From the NCBI GenBank assembly GCA_965198115.1, contig OZ240241.1, forward strand, positions 5,600,001 to 5,664,000: a stretch of 64,000 bases of DNA. The letters run 5' to 3'. The stretch is from Candidatus Latescibacterota bacterium. Its GTDB lineage: Bacteria; Latescibacterota; UBA2968. Of this stretch, positions 19,703 through 30,313 are shown piece after piece; within the stretch, counting starts at the first letter, position 1; each line of letters opens with the position of its first letter. Made by a program: the position numbers and the translations under genes. The notes under the pieces are model-generated. The model did no database searches. It was not told the origin of the DNA and was given only the letters and a program-made list of their open reading frames with translations.

Positions 19703-20446
19703 GTGTCCCTCGACGGCAAGACCGCGCTGGTCACGGGCGGATCGCGGGGCATCGGGGCAGCCATCGCCCGCGATCTGGCTGAAAGAGGCGCCAATGTCGC
19801 CGTGTGCGCCAGCCGCAGCCTCGATGCGGCGAAGTCCGTCGTGAGCGCGATCGAATCCAGCGGAAAAAAGGGACTGGCGCTCCAGACCGACGTATCCGAC
19901 GCCTCGGCCGTCGACGCCCTCTTCAAACAGATCGGCGACGAGCTCGGGCCCGTCGGTATCCTTGTCAACAACGCCGGCATCAACCGGGATGCCCTGACCG
20001 TGCGAATGAAACCCGAAGAGTGGGACGCTGTCCTCGACGTCAACCTCAAGGGCGCCTATCTCTGCACTCGCGCGGCTGCACGCCCTATGATGAAAGCCCG
20101 GACGGGACGCATCATCAACATTTCCTCCGTCGTGGGCCTGCGGGGAAACGCCGGACAAGCCAACTATGCGGCTTCCAAAGCGGGTCTGATCGGTCTGACC
20201 AAATCGACCGCTCGGGAATTCGCTTCGCGTGGCATCACGGTCAACGCCGTGTGTCCGGGTTACATCCCGACCGACATGACCGAAGGCATCCCCGACGACG
20301 CACGGGACGCCCTGCTCGCTCAGATTCCTCTGGGCCGGATGGGAACGCCCGAGGAAGTCGCCGCCGCCGTCGGGTTCCTGGCTTCCGACGACGCGGCCTA
20401 CATTACCGGGCAGGCGCTCGTCATCGACGGTGGCATGGTGATGTAA
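19703..20446 (+). CDS. fabG: 3-oxoacyl-ACP reductase
   Basis: TGGSRGIG, NNAGI, GNAGQANYAASK. Confidence 0.97.
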   Translation: MSLDGKTALVTGGSRGIGAAIARDLAERGANVAVCASRSLDAAKSVVSAIESSGKKGLALQTDVSDASAVDALFKQIGDELGPVGILVNNAGINRDALTVRMKPEEWDAVLDVNLKGAYLCTRAAARPMMKARTGRIINISSVVGLRGNAGQANYAASKAGLIGLTKSTAREFASRGITVNAVCPGYIPTDMTEGIPDDARDALLAQIPLGRMGTPEEVAAAVGFLASDDAAYITGQALVIDGGMVM

Positions 20447-20510
20447 GGACACGGCCTCCCGATGAAGAGGCCGCAACCGGCCGAACAGTCGGCCACACAC
20501 GGAGGATCGC

Positions 20511-20753
20511 ATGGCGGAAGATATTCAGCAGAAGGTGATCGACCTCATCGTCGACCAACTTGGTGTGGACGCCGACAATGTTGACCCGTCCAAGCACTTC
20601 ATCGACGACCTGGGCGCGGACTCTCTCGACACGGTCGAGCTCGTGATGGCATTCGAGGAGGAGTTCGAGATCGAAATTCCCGACGAAGACGCCGAAAAGC
20701 TCGAAACCGTCGGGAACGCCATCGAATACCTGAACAAGAAACTTGATGACTAG
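20511..20753 (+). CDS. acpP: Acyl carrier protein
   Basis: [14 protein letters not shown]. Confidence 0.98.
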   Translation: MAEDIQQKVIDLIVDQLGVDADNVDPSKHFIDDLGADSLDTVELVMAFEEEFEIEIPDEDAEKLETVGNAIEYLNKKLDD

Positions 20754-20774
20754 TCGCCGCAGGAGGAACATTGC

Positions 20775-22025
20775 GTGAAACGTGACCGCCGCATCGTCGT
20801 CACGGGGCTCGGCGCGCTCGCGCCGAATGGCTCGACGACGGAGGACTACTGGGACGCCCTCGTCAACGGCCGAACCGGGATCGGCCCGATCCAGCGATTC
20901 GACACCACGGATTTCCGTGTCCGAATCGGTGGCGAAGTCAAAGACTTCGACCCCGAACGATACGGTATGGACCGCAAGTTCGTCCGAAGGGCCGACCTCT
21001 ACACCCAGTACACGATTGCCTCCGCCCGAATGGCCATCGATGATGCCAATCTCGACACGTCGGCCGAAGACCCCGAACGCGTCGGTGTCGTCTACGGATC
21101 GGGCATCGGTGGAATCGAAACGTTCGAAACGCAGCACACCGCCCTGATGAAAGGCGGGCCCAAACGCATCAGTCCCTTCTTCATTCCCATGATGATCGCC
21201 GACATCGGAACCGGTCAGGCCTCCATCGTGTTCGGAGCTAAAGGTCCCAACTATGCGACCGTCACCGCGTGCGCCTCGGCCACGCACGCGATCGGAAACG
21301 CGTGTCGCGAAATATGGGATGACGAAGCCGATGTCATGATCACCGGCGGGGCGGAGGCCGCCATCACTCCCATGTCTCTCGGTGGATTCGCCTCCCTTCA
21401 CGCACTCTCGACCCGAAACGAAGAACCCGAAAAAGCGAGTCGCCCGTTCGATGCGGAACGGGATGGGTTCGTCCTGGGCGAGGGCGCCGGCGGACTGATC
21501 GTCGAAGAACTGGAACACGCACGATCCCGGGGAGCGAAGATCTACGCCGAAATCGTCGGCGCCGGCTACACCGGCGATGCCTATCACATCACCGACATGG
21601 CACCCGGTGGTGAGGGCGGTGCACGCGCCGTCCGCAGAGCCCTGAAGCAGGCCGACCTCGAACCGTCCGACGTCGATTACATCAACGCCCACGGCACGTC
21701 GACACCCGTCGGCGACAAAAACGAGTCCGCCGCCATCCACACGGTATTCGGCGACCACGTAAAAAAGCTGGCGGTCAGCTCGACCAAATCGATGACGGGC
21801 CACCTCCTCGGCGCATCCGGCGCCATCGAATCGATTGCGTCGATCCTCGCCATCCATCACGGCGTGCTCCCTCCTACGATCAACTACGAAAATCCCGACC
21901 CCGAGTGCGATCTCGACTACGTACCGAACGAAGCTCGGAAGGCCGATGTTTCTGTTGCCGTCAACAACTCATTCGGATTCGGAGGTCACAACGCGGTCCT
22001 CGTCATCAAAAAGGTCACGGACTAA
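20775..22025 (+). CDS. fabF: 3-oxoacyl-ACP synthase II
   Basis: TACAS, INAHGTST, KSMTGHLLGA, NSFGFGGHN. Confidence 0.97.
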   Translation: MKRDRRIVVTGLGALAPNGSTTEDYWDALVNGRTGIGPIQRFDTTDFRVRIGGEVKDFDPERYGMDRKFVRRADLYTQYTIASARMAIDDANLDTSAEDPERVGVVYGSGIGGIETFETQHTALMKGGPKRISPFFIPMMIADIGTGQASIVFGAKGPNYATVTACASATHAIGNACREIWDDEADVMITGGAEAAITPMSLGGFASLHALSTRNEEPEKASRPFDAERDGFVLGEGAGGLIVEELEHARSRGAKIYAEIVGAGYTGDAYHITDMAPGGEGGARAVRRALKQADLEPSDVDYINAHGTSTPVGDKNESAAIHTVFGDHVKKLAVSSTKSMTGHLLGASGAIESIASILAIHHGVLPPTINYENPDPECDLDYVPNEARKADVSVAVNNSFGFGGHNAVLVIKKVTD

Positions 22026-22039
22026 TCGGAAGGGGATCG

Positions 22040-22780
22040 GTGATCGGCATCTTCGGGAAACTGCGCAGATGGGTCGGAAGCGACGAGACGACCGAACTGC
22101 ACGCACTCCAAACGCAGATCGATTACGCGTTCAACAATCCGGCTCTGCTCGATCAGGCTCTCAAGCATCGTTCTCATGTCTACGCCGTCGACGAAGAAGG
22201 CATCGCGTCCAACGAACGACTGGAATTTCTGGGCGACGCGGTCCTCGACCTCATCGTGACCGAGTATCTCTACCGACGCCATCCAGACCACCACGAAGGC
22301 GAGCTGACACAAGTCAAGTCGCTGCTCGTCAGCAAGACCATCCTCGCCGACAAGGCACGCATCATCCGAATCGGTGAGTTCATGCACCTGAGCAAGGAAG
22401 AATCCCACGCCGGAGGCAGGGCACGCACGTCGATCCTCGGCGATGCCTTCGAAGCGATTCTCGGTGCGGTCTACCTCGACGGCGGGCTGGCAGCGGCAGA
22501 AGGCTTTGTTCGGCGCCACTTGCTGTCGAACCTCGACGCGATCACCTCCGACGGAGACCACCTCAACTTCAAGAGCACGCTCCTCGAGCACACGCAAAGT
22601 GAGGGACGGGGCCATCCCCGCTACCTCGTCAACGCCGAGGAGGGACCGGACCATCGCAAAACGTTTACCGTCGAAGTCCTCGTCGGAGGCGATCGAATGG
22701 GATTGGGACGGGGGCGAAGCAAGAAAGAGGCGCAGCAGATGGCGGCCCGCGAAGCCCTGCAAAAGCTGGGGGTCTCATAA
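22040..22780 (+). CDS. rnc: Ribonuclease III
   Basis: NERLEFLGDAVL plus dsRBD; GTG start at 22040. Confidence 0.96.
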   Translation: MIGIFGKLRRWVGSDETTELHALQTQIDYAFNNPALLDQALKHRSHVYAVDEEGIASNERLEFLGDAVLDLIVTEYLYRRHPDHHEGELTQVKSLLVSKTILADKARIIRIGEFMHLSKEESHAGGRARTSILGDAFEAILGAVYLDGGLAAAEGFVRRHLLSNLDAITSDGDHLNFKSTLLEHTQSEGRGHPRYLVNAEEGPDHRKTFTVEVLVGGDRMGLGRGRSKKEAQQMAAREALQKLGVS

Positions 22781-22781
22781 C

Positions 22782-23654
22782 GTGACTGTCGGACAGGCTC
22801 CCCGCCGATGGCGTTTCCTGAACACCGGGTTCGGAAACGCCTTTTTCAATATGGCCCTCGACGAAGTCCTCGCCCGTGCGGTGAGCTCGGGCGACGCCGA
22901 TCCGACGATCCGCGTGTTCGGATGGCAACCTCCCGCAGTGTCATTCGGCTACGCCCAGCGCGTGAGCCGGGACATCGATGCACAGGCCTGTCGCAGAAGC
23001 GGCGTCGACATCGTGCGACGCCCGACCGGGGGGCGCGCCGTCCTCCACTCTAACGAGCTCACCTACAGCGTCGTTTGTGGCGAAAACGACCCTGTCATCG
23101 GCGCCACGATCCAGGACGCCTACCGGACGATCAGCCGATGCCTCGTGGCCGGAGTGCGCGCCCTCGGTGTCGAGGCCCGATTCGAACCGGGCCGTCGGCC
23201 TGCACCGTCGCCCCTGGCCAAAGACCTCGCCGCGCCCTGCTTTTCGAGCACCTCGCAATACGAAGTCATCGTCGACGGAAAGAAGCTCGTCGGCAGCGCT
23301 CAGCGTCGATTCGGGGGGGCCACGCTGCAGCACGGGTCTCTCCTGATCGGCCCCGAGCACAAGGGCATCGTCGATCTGTTGCCAGAAAACCACGATCGAC
23401 TTCGGAAAGTGTTTTCCGAACAGCTCGAAGCGCACACCATCAGTCTGGCCGAAGCCGGCCACCCGCACATCCAATTTGCGCACATCGCCCGGGCACTCCG
23501 AATCGCCTTCGCTGACGAACTCGACACAGAACTCGTCGAGGGCCCGCTTCAACCCGAAGAACGACAAGCGGCCGAGGATCTCGCTCGGCGCAGGTATGCG
23601 ACCGACGAATGGAACTACCGAGATCGTGAGCGCCTCGCCGGGGAAATCGTCTGA
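22782..23654 (+). CDS. Lipoate-protein ligase / LipM-like octanoyltransferase
   Basis: NMALDE, RRPTGGRAVLH, KKLVGSAQ, LQHGS; GTG start at 22782. Confidence 0.88.
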   Translation: MTVGQAPRRWRFLNTGFGNAFFNMALDEVLARAVSSGDADPTIRVFGWQPPAVSFGYAQRVSRDIDAQACRRSGVDIVRRPTGGRAVLHSNELTYSVVCGENDPVIGATIQDAYRTISRCLVAGVRALGVEARFEPGRRPAPSPLAKDLAAPCFSSTSQYEVIVDGKKLVGSAQRRFGGATLQHGSLLIGPEHKGIVDLLPENHDRLRKVFSEQLEAHTISLAEAGHPHIQFAHIARALRIAFADELDTELVEGPLQPEERQAAEDLARRRYATDEWNYRDRERLAGEIV

Positions 23655-23750
23655 TATCTCCAAGGAAAGCGGTCACGAGGTCGTAGCCGGCCTTTGGCGC
23701 TTCGTTCGAGACCAAACCCGAGAAAACCGTTGATTCCGGGGCACTAAAGC

Positions 23751-24104
23751 GTGAACATTGGCTGGTCCCGACTACGCGCGTTCCTTGCCCGTCTCCAGGT
23801 CGGCGCATCGCACGCCTTTGCCATCGACCCACCCGAAGATGCGATCACGCCCGAAGAGGACGACCTCGCAGAACGGTTCGCACGCTTCATCGTCAACCGG
23901 GACCTGACGGCCCCCGCCACCGCCGCACTGGAAGCGAGTCGTCCTTACAATTTTCTCGGGAGTCAGTTTCTGACATTCATGTCTCCGTTCGTCCACACCG
24001 TTTTCAAGGGCCACGACTACGATCGATTCGTGAGGTTTCTCGAAAAGCGACGAAGTGTCGATCGTCTGATCGACGCGCTCGCGAAGGTCCAGGATGAGCG
24101 CTGA
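23751..24104 (+). CDS. Small conserved hypothetical protein coupled to the GlmL-like gene
   Basis: 117-aa ORF overlapping the next start; LEASRPYNFLGSQ motif. Confidence 0.7.
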   Translation: MNIGWSRLRAFLARLQVGASHAFAIDPPEDAITPEEDDLAERFARFIVNRDLTAPATAALEASRPYNFLGSQFLTFMSPFVHTVFKGHDYDRFVRFLEKRRSVDRLIDALAKVQDER

Positions 24105-25911
24105 TCTCGACGTCGTCATCGCCACGGATTGCGGCAGCACGACGACCAAGGCGATTCTGATCGAGAAAGTGGGCGACGTCTATCGTCAGACGTTCCGGGG
24201 CGAAGCCCCAACCACGGTCGAAGCCCCGATCGAAGACGTCACCAGAGGGGTCCTGAACGCCATCGAGGAGATCGAGGAACTTTCAGGGCGAAGAATCCTC
24301 GATGGCGAAAAGATCGTCACCCCCGCTTCTGCCGAGGCGGGTGTCGATCTCTACATCTCCACCAGCAGCGCCGGTGGGGGTTTACAGATGATGGTCGCTG
24401 GCGTCGTCACTTCCATGACGGGCGAAAGCGCCCAGCGTGCGGCGCTCGGCGCCGGAGCCATCGTCATGGACGTCCTGGCCTCGAACGACGGACGCCAGCC
24501 CCACCAGAAGATCGAACGCATCCGACACCTGCGTCCCGACATGATCCTCCTCTCCGGCGGCACCGACGGGGGCACGGTCAGCCACGTCGTCGAGCTCGCC
24601 GAATTCATCGGTGCTGCCGATCCTCGACCTCGGTTCGGCTCCGAGTTTCGGTTGCCCGTCATCTTTGCCGGGAACCAGGACGCCAGCCCGGAGATTGAAA
24701 AGACGTTGGGCCCAAAAACAGCCCTGACCGTGACCGAAAACATTCGCCCCGTACTCGAACAGGAAAACCTGGGTCCCGCTCGTCAGGTCATCCACGACCT
24801 GTTTCTCGAACACGTCATGGCTCAGGCCCCGGGGTATCCGAAGCTGATAGACTGGGCGGGAGCGCCCATCATGCCGACGCCGGGCGCCGTCGGTCTGATG
24901 ATGCAGAGCGTCGCCAGACAGCAAGGCATCAACATCGTCGGTGTCGACATCGGCGGCGCCACGACCGACGTCTTCAGCGTATTCGATCACACGTTCAACA
25001 GGAGTGTGAGCGCCAACCTCGGAATGTCCTACAGCGTGTCGAACGTCCTGGCCGAGGCCGGTCTGGACAACGTCCTTCGGTGGGTGCCGTTCGAGATCGA
25101 AGAGACCGACCTGAAGGACCGGATCAAGAACAAGATGATCCGTCCGACGACCGTTCCTCAAACGCTCGACGAGCTGCAGATCGAGCAGGCCATCGCTCGC
25201 GAAGCTCTGAGACTGGCGTTCGAGCAGCACCGGTCCCTCGCGGTGGGCCTCAAAGGGGTTCAAACCGAACGCAGTCTGTCCGACGTGTTCGAGCAGTCGG
25301 CCACGGGCGAGAGCCTCATTCAGATGATGGACCTCGACCTCCTCATCGCGAGTGGCGGGGTTCTCTCACACGCTCCGTTGCGACAGCAGACAACGGCCAT
25401 GTTGATCGACGCCTTCCAGCCCGAAGGCGTCACCCGACTGGCCGTCGACAGCATTTTTATGATGCCCCACCTGGGTGTGCTGTCATCCGTCGACGAGCGA
25501 GCCGCGGCCGATGTCTTCGAACGCGACTGTCTCGTCGACCTGGGTACGTGTGTCGCACCGGTTGCGAGAGGCCGGGCCGAAGAATCGTGTTTGACCTACG
25601 AGCTCACAACCAATGGCAACGTGTCAACAGGCAAGCTCAAACGAGGCGAGCTCCAACGGGTTCCGTTGACCGAATCAGGACAACTCACGCTCACCCCCGG
25701 GAAAGGGTGGGATGTCGGAACCGGCCCGGGACAACCCTTCTCAAGGGACGTAATTGGAGGCGCGGTCGGTCTCGTGATGGACGGTCGCAACCGGCCAATC
25801 GAATTCCCACGCGAAGCTGATGCCCGAAACGAACTGAGCGCCGCCTGGGCGGCCGCACTCGAACTTTATCCCCCGCAAGAGTCGAATAGCAGCTCGGCTA
25901 CTACAGCCTGA
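24094..25911 (+). CDS. Glutamate mutase L (GlmL/MutL)-family ASKHA ATPase, extended form
   Basis: ATDCGSTTTK and VDIGGATTD phosphate loops; SSAGGGL, LLSGGTDGG and IMPTPGAV motifs. Confidence 0.85.
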   Translation: MSADLDVVIATDCGSTTTKAILIEKVGDVYRQTFRGEAPTTVEAPIEDVTRGVLNAIEEIEELSGRRILDGEKIVTPASAEAGVDLYISTSSAGGGLQMMVAGVVTSMTGESAQRAALGAGAIVMDVLASNDGRQPHQKIERIRHLRPDMILLSGGTDGGTVSHVVELAEFIGAADPRPRFGSEFRLPVIFAGNQDASPEIEKTLGPKTALTVTENIRPVLEQENLGPARQVIHDLFLEHVMAQAPGYPKLIDWAGAPIMPTPGAVGLMMQSVARQQGINIVGVDIGGATTDVFSVFDHTFNRSVSANLGMSYSVSNVLAEAGLDNVLRWVPFEIEETDLKDRIKNKMIRPTTVPQTLDELQIEQAIAREALRLAFEQHRSLAVGLKGVQTERSLSDVFEQSATGESLIQMMDLDLLIASGGVLSHAPLRQQTTAMLIDAFQPEGVTRLAVDSIFMMPHLGVLSSVDERAAADVFERDCLVDLGTCVAPVARGRAEESCLTYELTTNGNVSTGKLKRGELQRVPLTESGQLTLTPGKGWDVGTGPGQPFSRDVIGGAVGLVMDGRNRPIEFPREADARNELSAAWAAALELYPPQESNSSSATTA

Positions 25912-25933
25912 AGAAACCCCAAGGAGGGGCACC

Positions 25934-27769
25934 ATGCTCCGAAGACTTGTCTCGCTCTCACTTTCGATAGTCGTCCTCGCAGGTCAAGCGCGATCACAAG
26001 AACCCGCGGATTGGAAGAAGGTAGAGGACATACTCATCACGACGCAGGACGTCGTCGTTCTCGACGGAATAGAAAAGGCTCCAACACGACGTCCTGCCGA
26101 CAATCCGGTCTTTGGGGATTGGCTTGTTCGGCATCAGCTCTCGGACCCGTCGAACTTGAATCCCTACACTTCCTCCGACGCGGCGTCGTCCGATGTGACA
26201 TTCTCGAACATCCACGAGACGATGCTCCATCCCGTGCTGGACCCACCGTTCGAACTCGAGGGTAAGCTCGCGGAGGGATACCCCGAAATCTCTGAAGACA
26301 AACTGCGCTACACCTTCACGCTGAGGAAAGACGCGAATTTCTCCGACGGGAAACCGGTCTCAGCCGACGACGTGCACTTCAGCATGAAGGCGATCCTGAA
26401 CCCGAAAGTGCTCGCCCCGGCTCGACGGAACTACTTTGCGTCGGTCCAGGACGTTATCCAGCACGACAAACACCGCATCACCTTCGTGCTGAAGGAGCCC
26501 TACTTCAGGAATGACGTCTCTCTGGGCTTGATGGAAGTCATCCCTCGGCACTTCTACGATCCAGACGGGCTCATGGACAACGTCACCGTCAAAGAGTTGA
26601 AGGACGGTTCGTGGGAAACAAGTCCGAACGCCGAGGTGGTGAATCGGTTCGCCGATCAGTTCAATCAAAATTTCGGCCGAGCCGCGATGGGGTCCGGACC
26701 CTATGCGCTCGTGAATCCCGACGAGGACTTCGTGACCGGGCAGAAGTGCGTCATCACACGCAACACCGACTACTGGGGCCTGGGCAAGACGACAAGAGGA
26801 CCCGGCTACGTGGACAAAGTGCTGTTCAAAACGATCAACAACCAGGATGCCGCCTTCATCGAACTGACCAACGGAAACCTGGACTATCACGAACTCAAGC
26901 CCCTGGAGTTCAGAGAGAAGAGCTGGTCACCCGAATTCGTCGAGCGTTTCTACAAGGCCGTCGAATACCAGGGCAGCTATTACTACATCGGCTGGGACAA
27001 CAAGCATCCGATTTTCAGGGACAAACGTATCCGCAAGGCCATGACTCTGATGACTGACCGTGAGGGCCTCGTCCGCAACCTCCTGTTCGGGCTGGGAGAG
27101 ATCATCGTGGGGCCCGTCCATCGAACACGACCTGAATATAACAACGACATCGAGCCGCTGCCCTACAACCCGGACGCCGCACTCGATCTGATCGACGAAG
27201 CAGGATGGGAGGACACCGACAGCGATGGTCTTCTCGACAAGGAGATCGACGGAACGCGGATCCCGTTCAAGTTCACGATCCTCGTCAACTCGGGGAACCA
27301 GGTCCGGAAAGACGTCGCTCTGACCCTGCAGGCCGAACTGGCCGACGTGGGAATCGAAATGAACGTTCGCGAACTCGATTGGTCCGTCTTCCTGGAGGAA
27401 GTCAAAAGTCAGCGTGCAGAGGCTTTCGTGCTCGGCTGGCGTTACAGCCTTACCTACTATCCGGACCCTTACCAGATCTGGCACTCATCGCAGTCGGAGG
27501 ACGGCGGATCGAACAGCATCTCATTCATCAACGAAGAGGTGGATGAGATCCTCGAAACCTACCGGAAGACGTTCGACTTCGAGAAGCGGAAGCAGATGCT
27601 TCGCCGCTTCCAGGAGATCGTCCACGAGGAACAACCCTACACTTTCTTGTGGAATCCCCGCGTAACGAGTGCTTATAGCCGAAGATTCCAGAACGTCATC
27701 TGGTATTCTGCAGGCGGCGACACGCGCGACTGGTTCGTTAAACCAGAGGCACGGCTTTACGCGGACTGA
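25934..27769 (+). CDS. ABC peptide/nickel-family substrate-binding protein (SBP family 5)
   Basis: Signal peptide; YTFTLR...FSDGKPV.ADDV.FS; GSGPY; FRDKRIRKAM. Confidence 0.9.
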   Translation: MLRRLVSLSLSIVVLAGQARSQEPADWKKVEDILITTQDVVVLDGIEKAPTRRPADNPVFGDWLVRHQLSDPSNLNPYTSSDAASSDVTFSNIHETMLHPVLDPPFELEGKLAEGYPEISEDKLRYTFTLRKDANFSDGKPVSADDVHFSMKAILNPKVLAPARRNYFASVQDVIQHDKHRITFVLKEPYFRNDVSLGLMEVIPRHFYDPDGLMDNVTVKELKDGSWETSPNAEVVNRFADQFNQNFGRAAMGSGPYALVNPDEDFVTGQKCVITRNTDYWGLGKTTRGPGYVDKVLFKTINNQDAAFIELTNGNLDYHELKPLEFREKSWSPEFVERFYKAVEYQGSYYYIGWDNKHPIFRDKRIRKAMTLMTDREGLVRNLLFGLGEIIVGPVHRTRPEYNNDIEPLPYNPDAALDLIDEAGWEDTDSDGLLDKEIDGTRIPFKFTILVNSGNQVRKDVALTLQAELADVGIEMNVRELDWSVFLEEVKSQRAEAFVLGWRYSLTYYPDPYQIWHSSQSEDGGSNSISFINEEVDEILETYRKTFDFEKRKQMLRRFQEIVHEEQPYTFLWNPRVTSAYSRRFQNVIWYSAGGDTRDWFVKPEARLYAD

Positions 27770-27789
27770 GCGCCCTTCGTCAGAACTCG

Positions 27790-29091
27790 ATGCTCAACTA
27801 CATCATCCAACGCGTCCTGCTGTTCGTCCCAACGCTGATCGGTATCACGATCGTGACGTTCAGCATCATGCACATCGCCCCTGGAGATCCCGTCGACCTG
27901 TTCGTGGGTGGGCTGGCCGGCGGCGACGGGATCAACACCGACGAGCAGAGCGACCTGGAAAAGACCCGCCAGGATCTGCGTAAGCAGCTCGGACTCGATC
28001 AACCCCTCTATGTTCAGTACTTCAGCTGGCTGGCCAATCTGGTGTGCCGCATCGAGACGATCACCCCCTTCGAGCGGTCCGCCATGATCACCGACAGCGT
28101 GTTGCGCAATCTCACGCCGGCCGAGCGAAAACAACTCGGCGAACTCGAGAACGCGGATCGTAAAGCGTATTTCGTCGATCTGGTCAAGACCCACGCGCCG
28201 AACGACCTGGAACCCCTCACCAGCTCAGGGTTCTGGCTGCTCAAGAGTATCCGACTCGAGCGGAACTACCGCCCGACCACCTCCGGCTTGCTCCTCTACG
28301 AGTCCGAGTTCACCCGGATCGTCACACTCAACTTCGGACGATCCTTTAAAGACCAGCAGGCCGTCATCGAGAGAATCCTGGAGCGTATTCCGATCACGCT
28401 CGAGATCAACTTGATAGCGCTTCTGATCGCCTACGCCGTCGGTGTGCCCCTCGGGATTTACCAATCAATCCGACAGAACAAGCCGGTAGACCGAAACTTG
28501 ACCGCAATGACCTTCGCGCTCTGGTCGATGCCAACGTTCTGGGTCGGCATGCTGCTGATCATTTTCTTATGCAATAAAGAGTTCTTCTACTGGTTTCCCG
28601 CCGCCGGTGTCCAGTCCCTCGACGTGAACGCCTCCTGGTCGTTGTTCGATCGACTGACCGACCACGCACACCACATGGTCCTGCCAATTCTGGCTTCTTC
28701 GTATTCAAGCTTCGCGGGCATCTCTCGATACATGCGGACGAGCATGCTGGAGAACCTTCGACTCGACTACGTCAGGACTGCCCGGGCCAAGGGCCTGCAG
28801 GAAAGGGCCGTGGTTCTCCATCACGTGCTCCGCAACTCGCTCATCCCCATCGTAACCCTGTTCGCCTACCTGCTGCCTGGTTTGATCGCCGGGTCGATTT
28901 TCATCGAAACGATCTTCACGATCCCCGGCATGGGATTTCTGGCTTTCGAATCCGTCCTCATTCGCGACTATCCAATGGTGATGGCCCTCTTCTTCATTGG
29001 ATCGGTCCTCTCACTCGTCAGCATTCTCATCGCGGACATCTTGCTCAAAGTCGTCGATCCTCGCATCGAGTTCTCGAAGGCACCCTCCTGA
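27790..29091 (+). CDS. ABC peptide permease, OppB/DppB type, with an extended loop
   Basis: LGLDQPLYVQY; RTSMLE...DYVRTARAKGL (EAA loop); RDYP. Confidence 0.92.
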   Translation: MLNYIIQRVLLFVPTLIGITIVTFSIMHIAPGDPVDLFVGGLAGGDGINTDEQSDLEKTRQDLRKQLGLDQPLYVQYFSWLANLVCRIETITPFERSAMITDSVLRNLTPAERKQLGELENADRKAYFVDLVKTHAPNDLEPLTSSGFWLLKSIRLERNYRPTTSGLLLYESEFTRIVTLNFGRSFKDQQAVIERILERIPITLEINLIALLIAYAVGVPLGIYQSIRQNKPVDRNLTAMTFALWSMPTFWVGMLLIIFLCNKEFFYWFPAAGVQSLDVNASWSLFDRLTDHAHHMVLPILASSYSSFAGISRYMRTSMLENLRLDYVRTARAKGLQERAVVLHHVLRNSLIPIVTLFAYLLPGLIAGSIFIETIFTIPGMGFLAFESVLIRDYPMVMALFFIGSVLSLVSILIADILLKVVDPRIEFSKAPS

Positions 29092-30200
29092 TGGCGCTCC
29101 CTCGAACGAAGGAAGAGAACGGCATCCTGTCGGAGCAGGAACAGAAGGACGGGGTACCTCCATCGCAGACCTACGGTCAGCTCGTTTGGGGGCAGTTCAG
29201 GAAGAACCGACTTGCCGTCGCTTCACTCTACTGCATCGCAGCGATCGCGGTTTTGGCATTGGCAGCCGACCTGATCGCGGGAAACAAACCCTACCACATG
29301 GTCTACCGCGGAAAGACCTTCTATCCGGCTTTTCGACAGTATGCCGTCTATGTCGGTGACGGGTTTCGAGCGGTCGGATGGCAGAATCCGCCTGATTTCC
29401 TGCGGTGGCCGAAAGAGCTCAGACGCCGGAAAAACTTCAAGAAATACCGCGCCGATTCGTCCATCCTTCCGCTCATCCCCTACGACCCCAAAGAGGTCCG
29501 TCTCCGGAGTAATTACGAGCCCCCAAGCGGCGAACACTGGCTGGGCACCGATCGGCTCGGACGCGACGTCATGTCGGGGCTGGTCCACGGAACACGCTAT
29601 GCCCTCACCATCGGCCTCGTGTCGGTCGGCATCTCCTTGCTCATCGGCATCACACTCGGTGCGTGCGCCGGCTACTTTGGGGGATGGATCGACATCGGAC
29701 TTTCGCGTGTGTTCGAACTCTGGTCCGCCATCCCGACCCTGCTGTTGATCATCACTGCGTCTGCCTTCTTTCCAGCCAGCCTGTTCTTCGTCATGGTCAT
29801 CATCGGCTTGACCGGGTGGGTGAGCATCGCGCGGCTCACACGGTCCCAGTTCTTCCAGGTGCGCGGAAACGAGTACGTGGCCGCCGCGCGGGCACTCGGC
29901 TACTCGGATATACGCATCATGTTCATCCACATCCTCCCCAACGCGATCGCGCCCGTCTTAGTCCCCGCGGCCTTCGGTGTCGCCGGCGCTATTCTCCTGG
30001 AATCCGGGCTCAGCTTTCTCGGCGTGGGCGTGCCCGCCGAATCGATCACGTGGGGAGCCATACTCGCGGGCGCACGAAGCAATACCTCCGCCTGGTGGCT
30101 CGTCGTGGTACCCGGCATCGCCATCTTCCTCACGGTCACGGTCTATAACCTTCTGGGAGACGGTCTCCGGGATGCGCTTGATCCCAAGATGAAGGAGTGA
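29091..30200 (+). CDS. ABC peptide permease, OppC/DppC type
   Basis: HWLGTDRLGRD; EYVAAARALG; NLLGDGLRDALDPK. Confidence 0.93.
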   Translation: MALPRTKEENGILSEQEQKDGVPPSQTYGQLVWGQFRKNRLAVASLYCIAAIAVLALAADLIAGNKPYHMVYRGKTFYPAFRQYAVYVGDGFRAVGWQNPPDFLRWPKELRRRKNFKKYRADSSILPLIPYDPKEVRLRSNYEPPSGEHWLGTDRLGRDVMSGLVHGTRYALTIGLVSVGISLLIGITLGACAGYFGGWIDIGLSRVFELWSAIPTLLLIITASAFFPASLFFVMVIIGLTGWVSIARLTRSQFFQVRGNEYVAAARALGYSDIRIMFIHILPNAIAPVLVPAAFGVAGAILLESGLSFLGVGVPAESITWGAILAGARSNTSAWWLVVVPGIAIFLTVTVYNLLGDGLRDALDPKMKE

Positions 30201-30204
30201 AACA

Positions 30205-30305
30205 AAAGAGGACAGAAGGCAGAGGACGGAAGACTGAGTAGCACACCGGTGGGAGCAGCCTCCCGGCTGCGAACTGGTCGGCGGTCGGCGGTCGGCGGTC
30301 GACGG
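30205..30305. repeat. Heptamer tandem repeats and a GTGG-type REP hairpin
   Basis: Degenerate AGAGGAC/AGAAGGC 7-mers at 30207-30238, GGTGGGAGCAGCCTCCCGGCTGCGA at 30248-30272, (GGTCGGC)x3+ at 30276-30305. Confidence 0.6.
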
Positions 30306-30313
30306 AAAACGCT

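Noticed and set aside
11088-21860. Long antisense ORFs 11088..12806, 18256..20049 and 20421..21860
   Set aside because: They lie opposite well-supported agps and fab genes and have shadow-ORF composition.
24094-25911. DNA mismatch-repair MutL, or evidence of glutamate fermentation
   Set aside because: The motifs are ASKHA rather than GHKL, and no glutamate mutase subunits are in the window.
30276-30305. Short repeats as a CRISPR array (also 57511-57544)
   Set aside because: These are 7-mer tandem repeats without spacers, and no cas genes are present.
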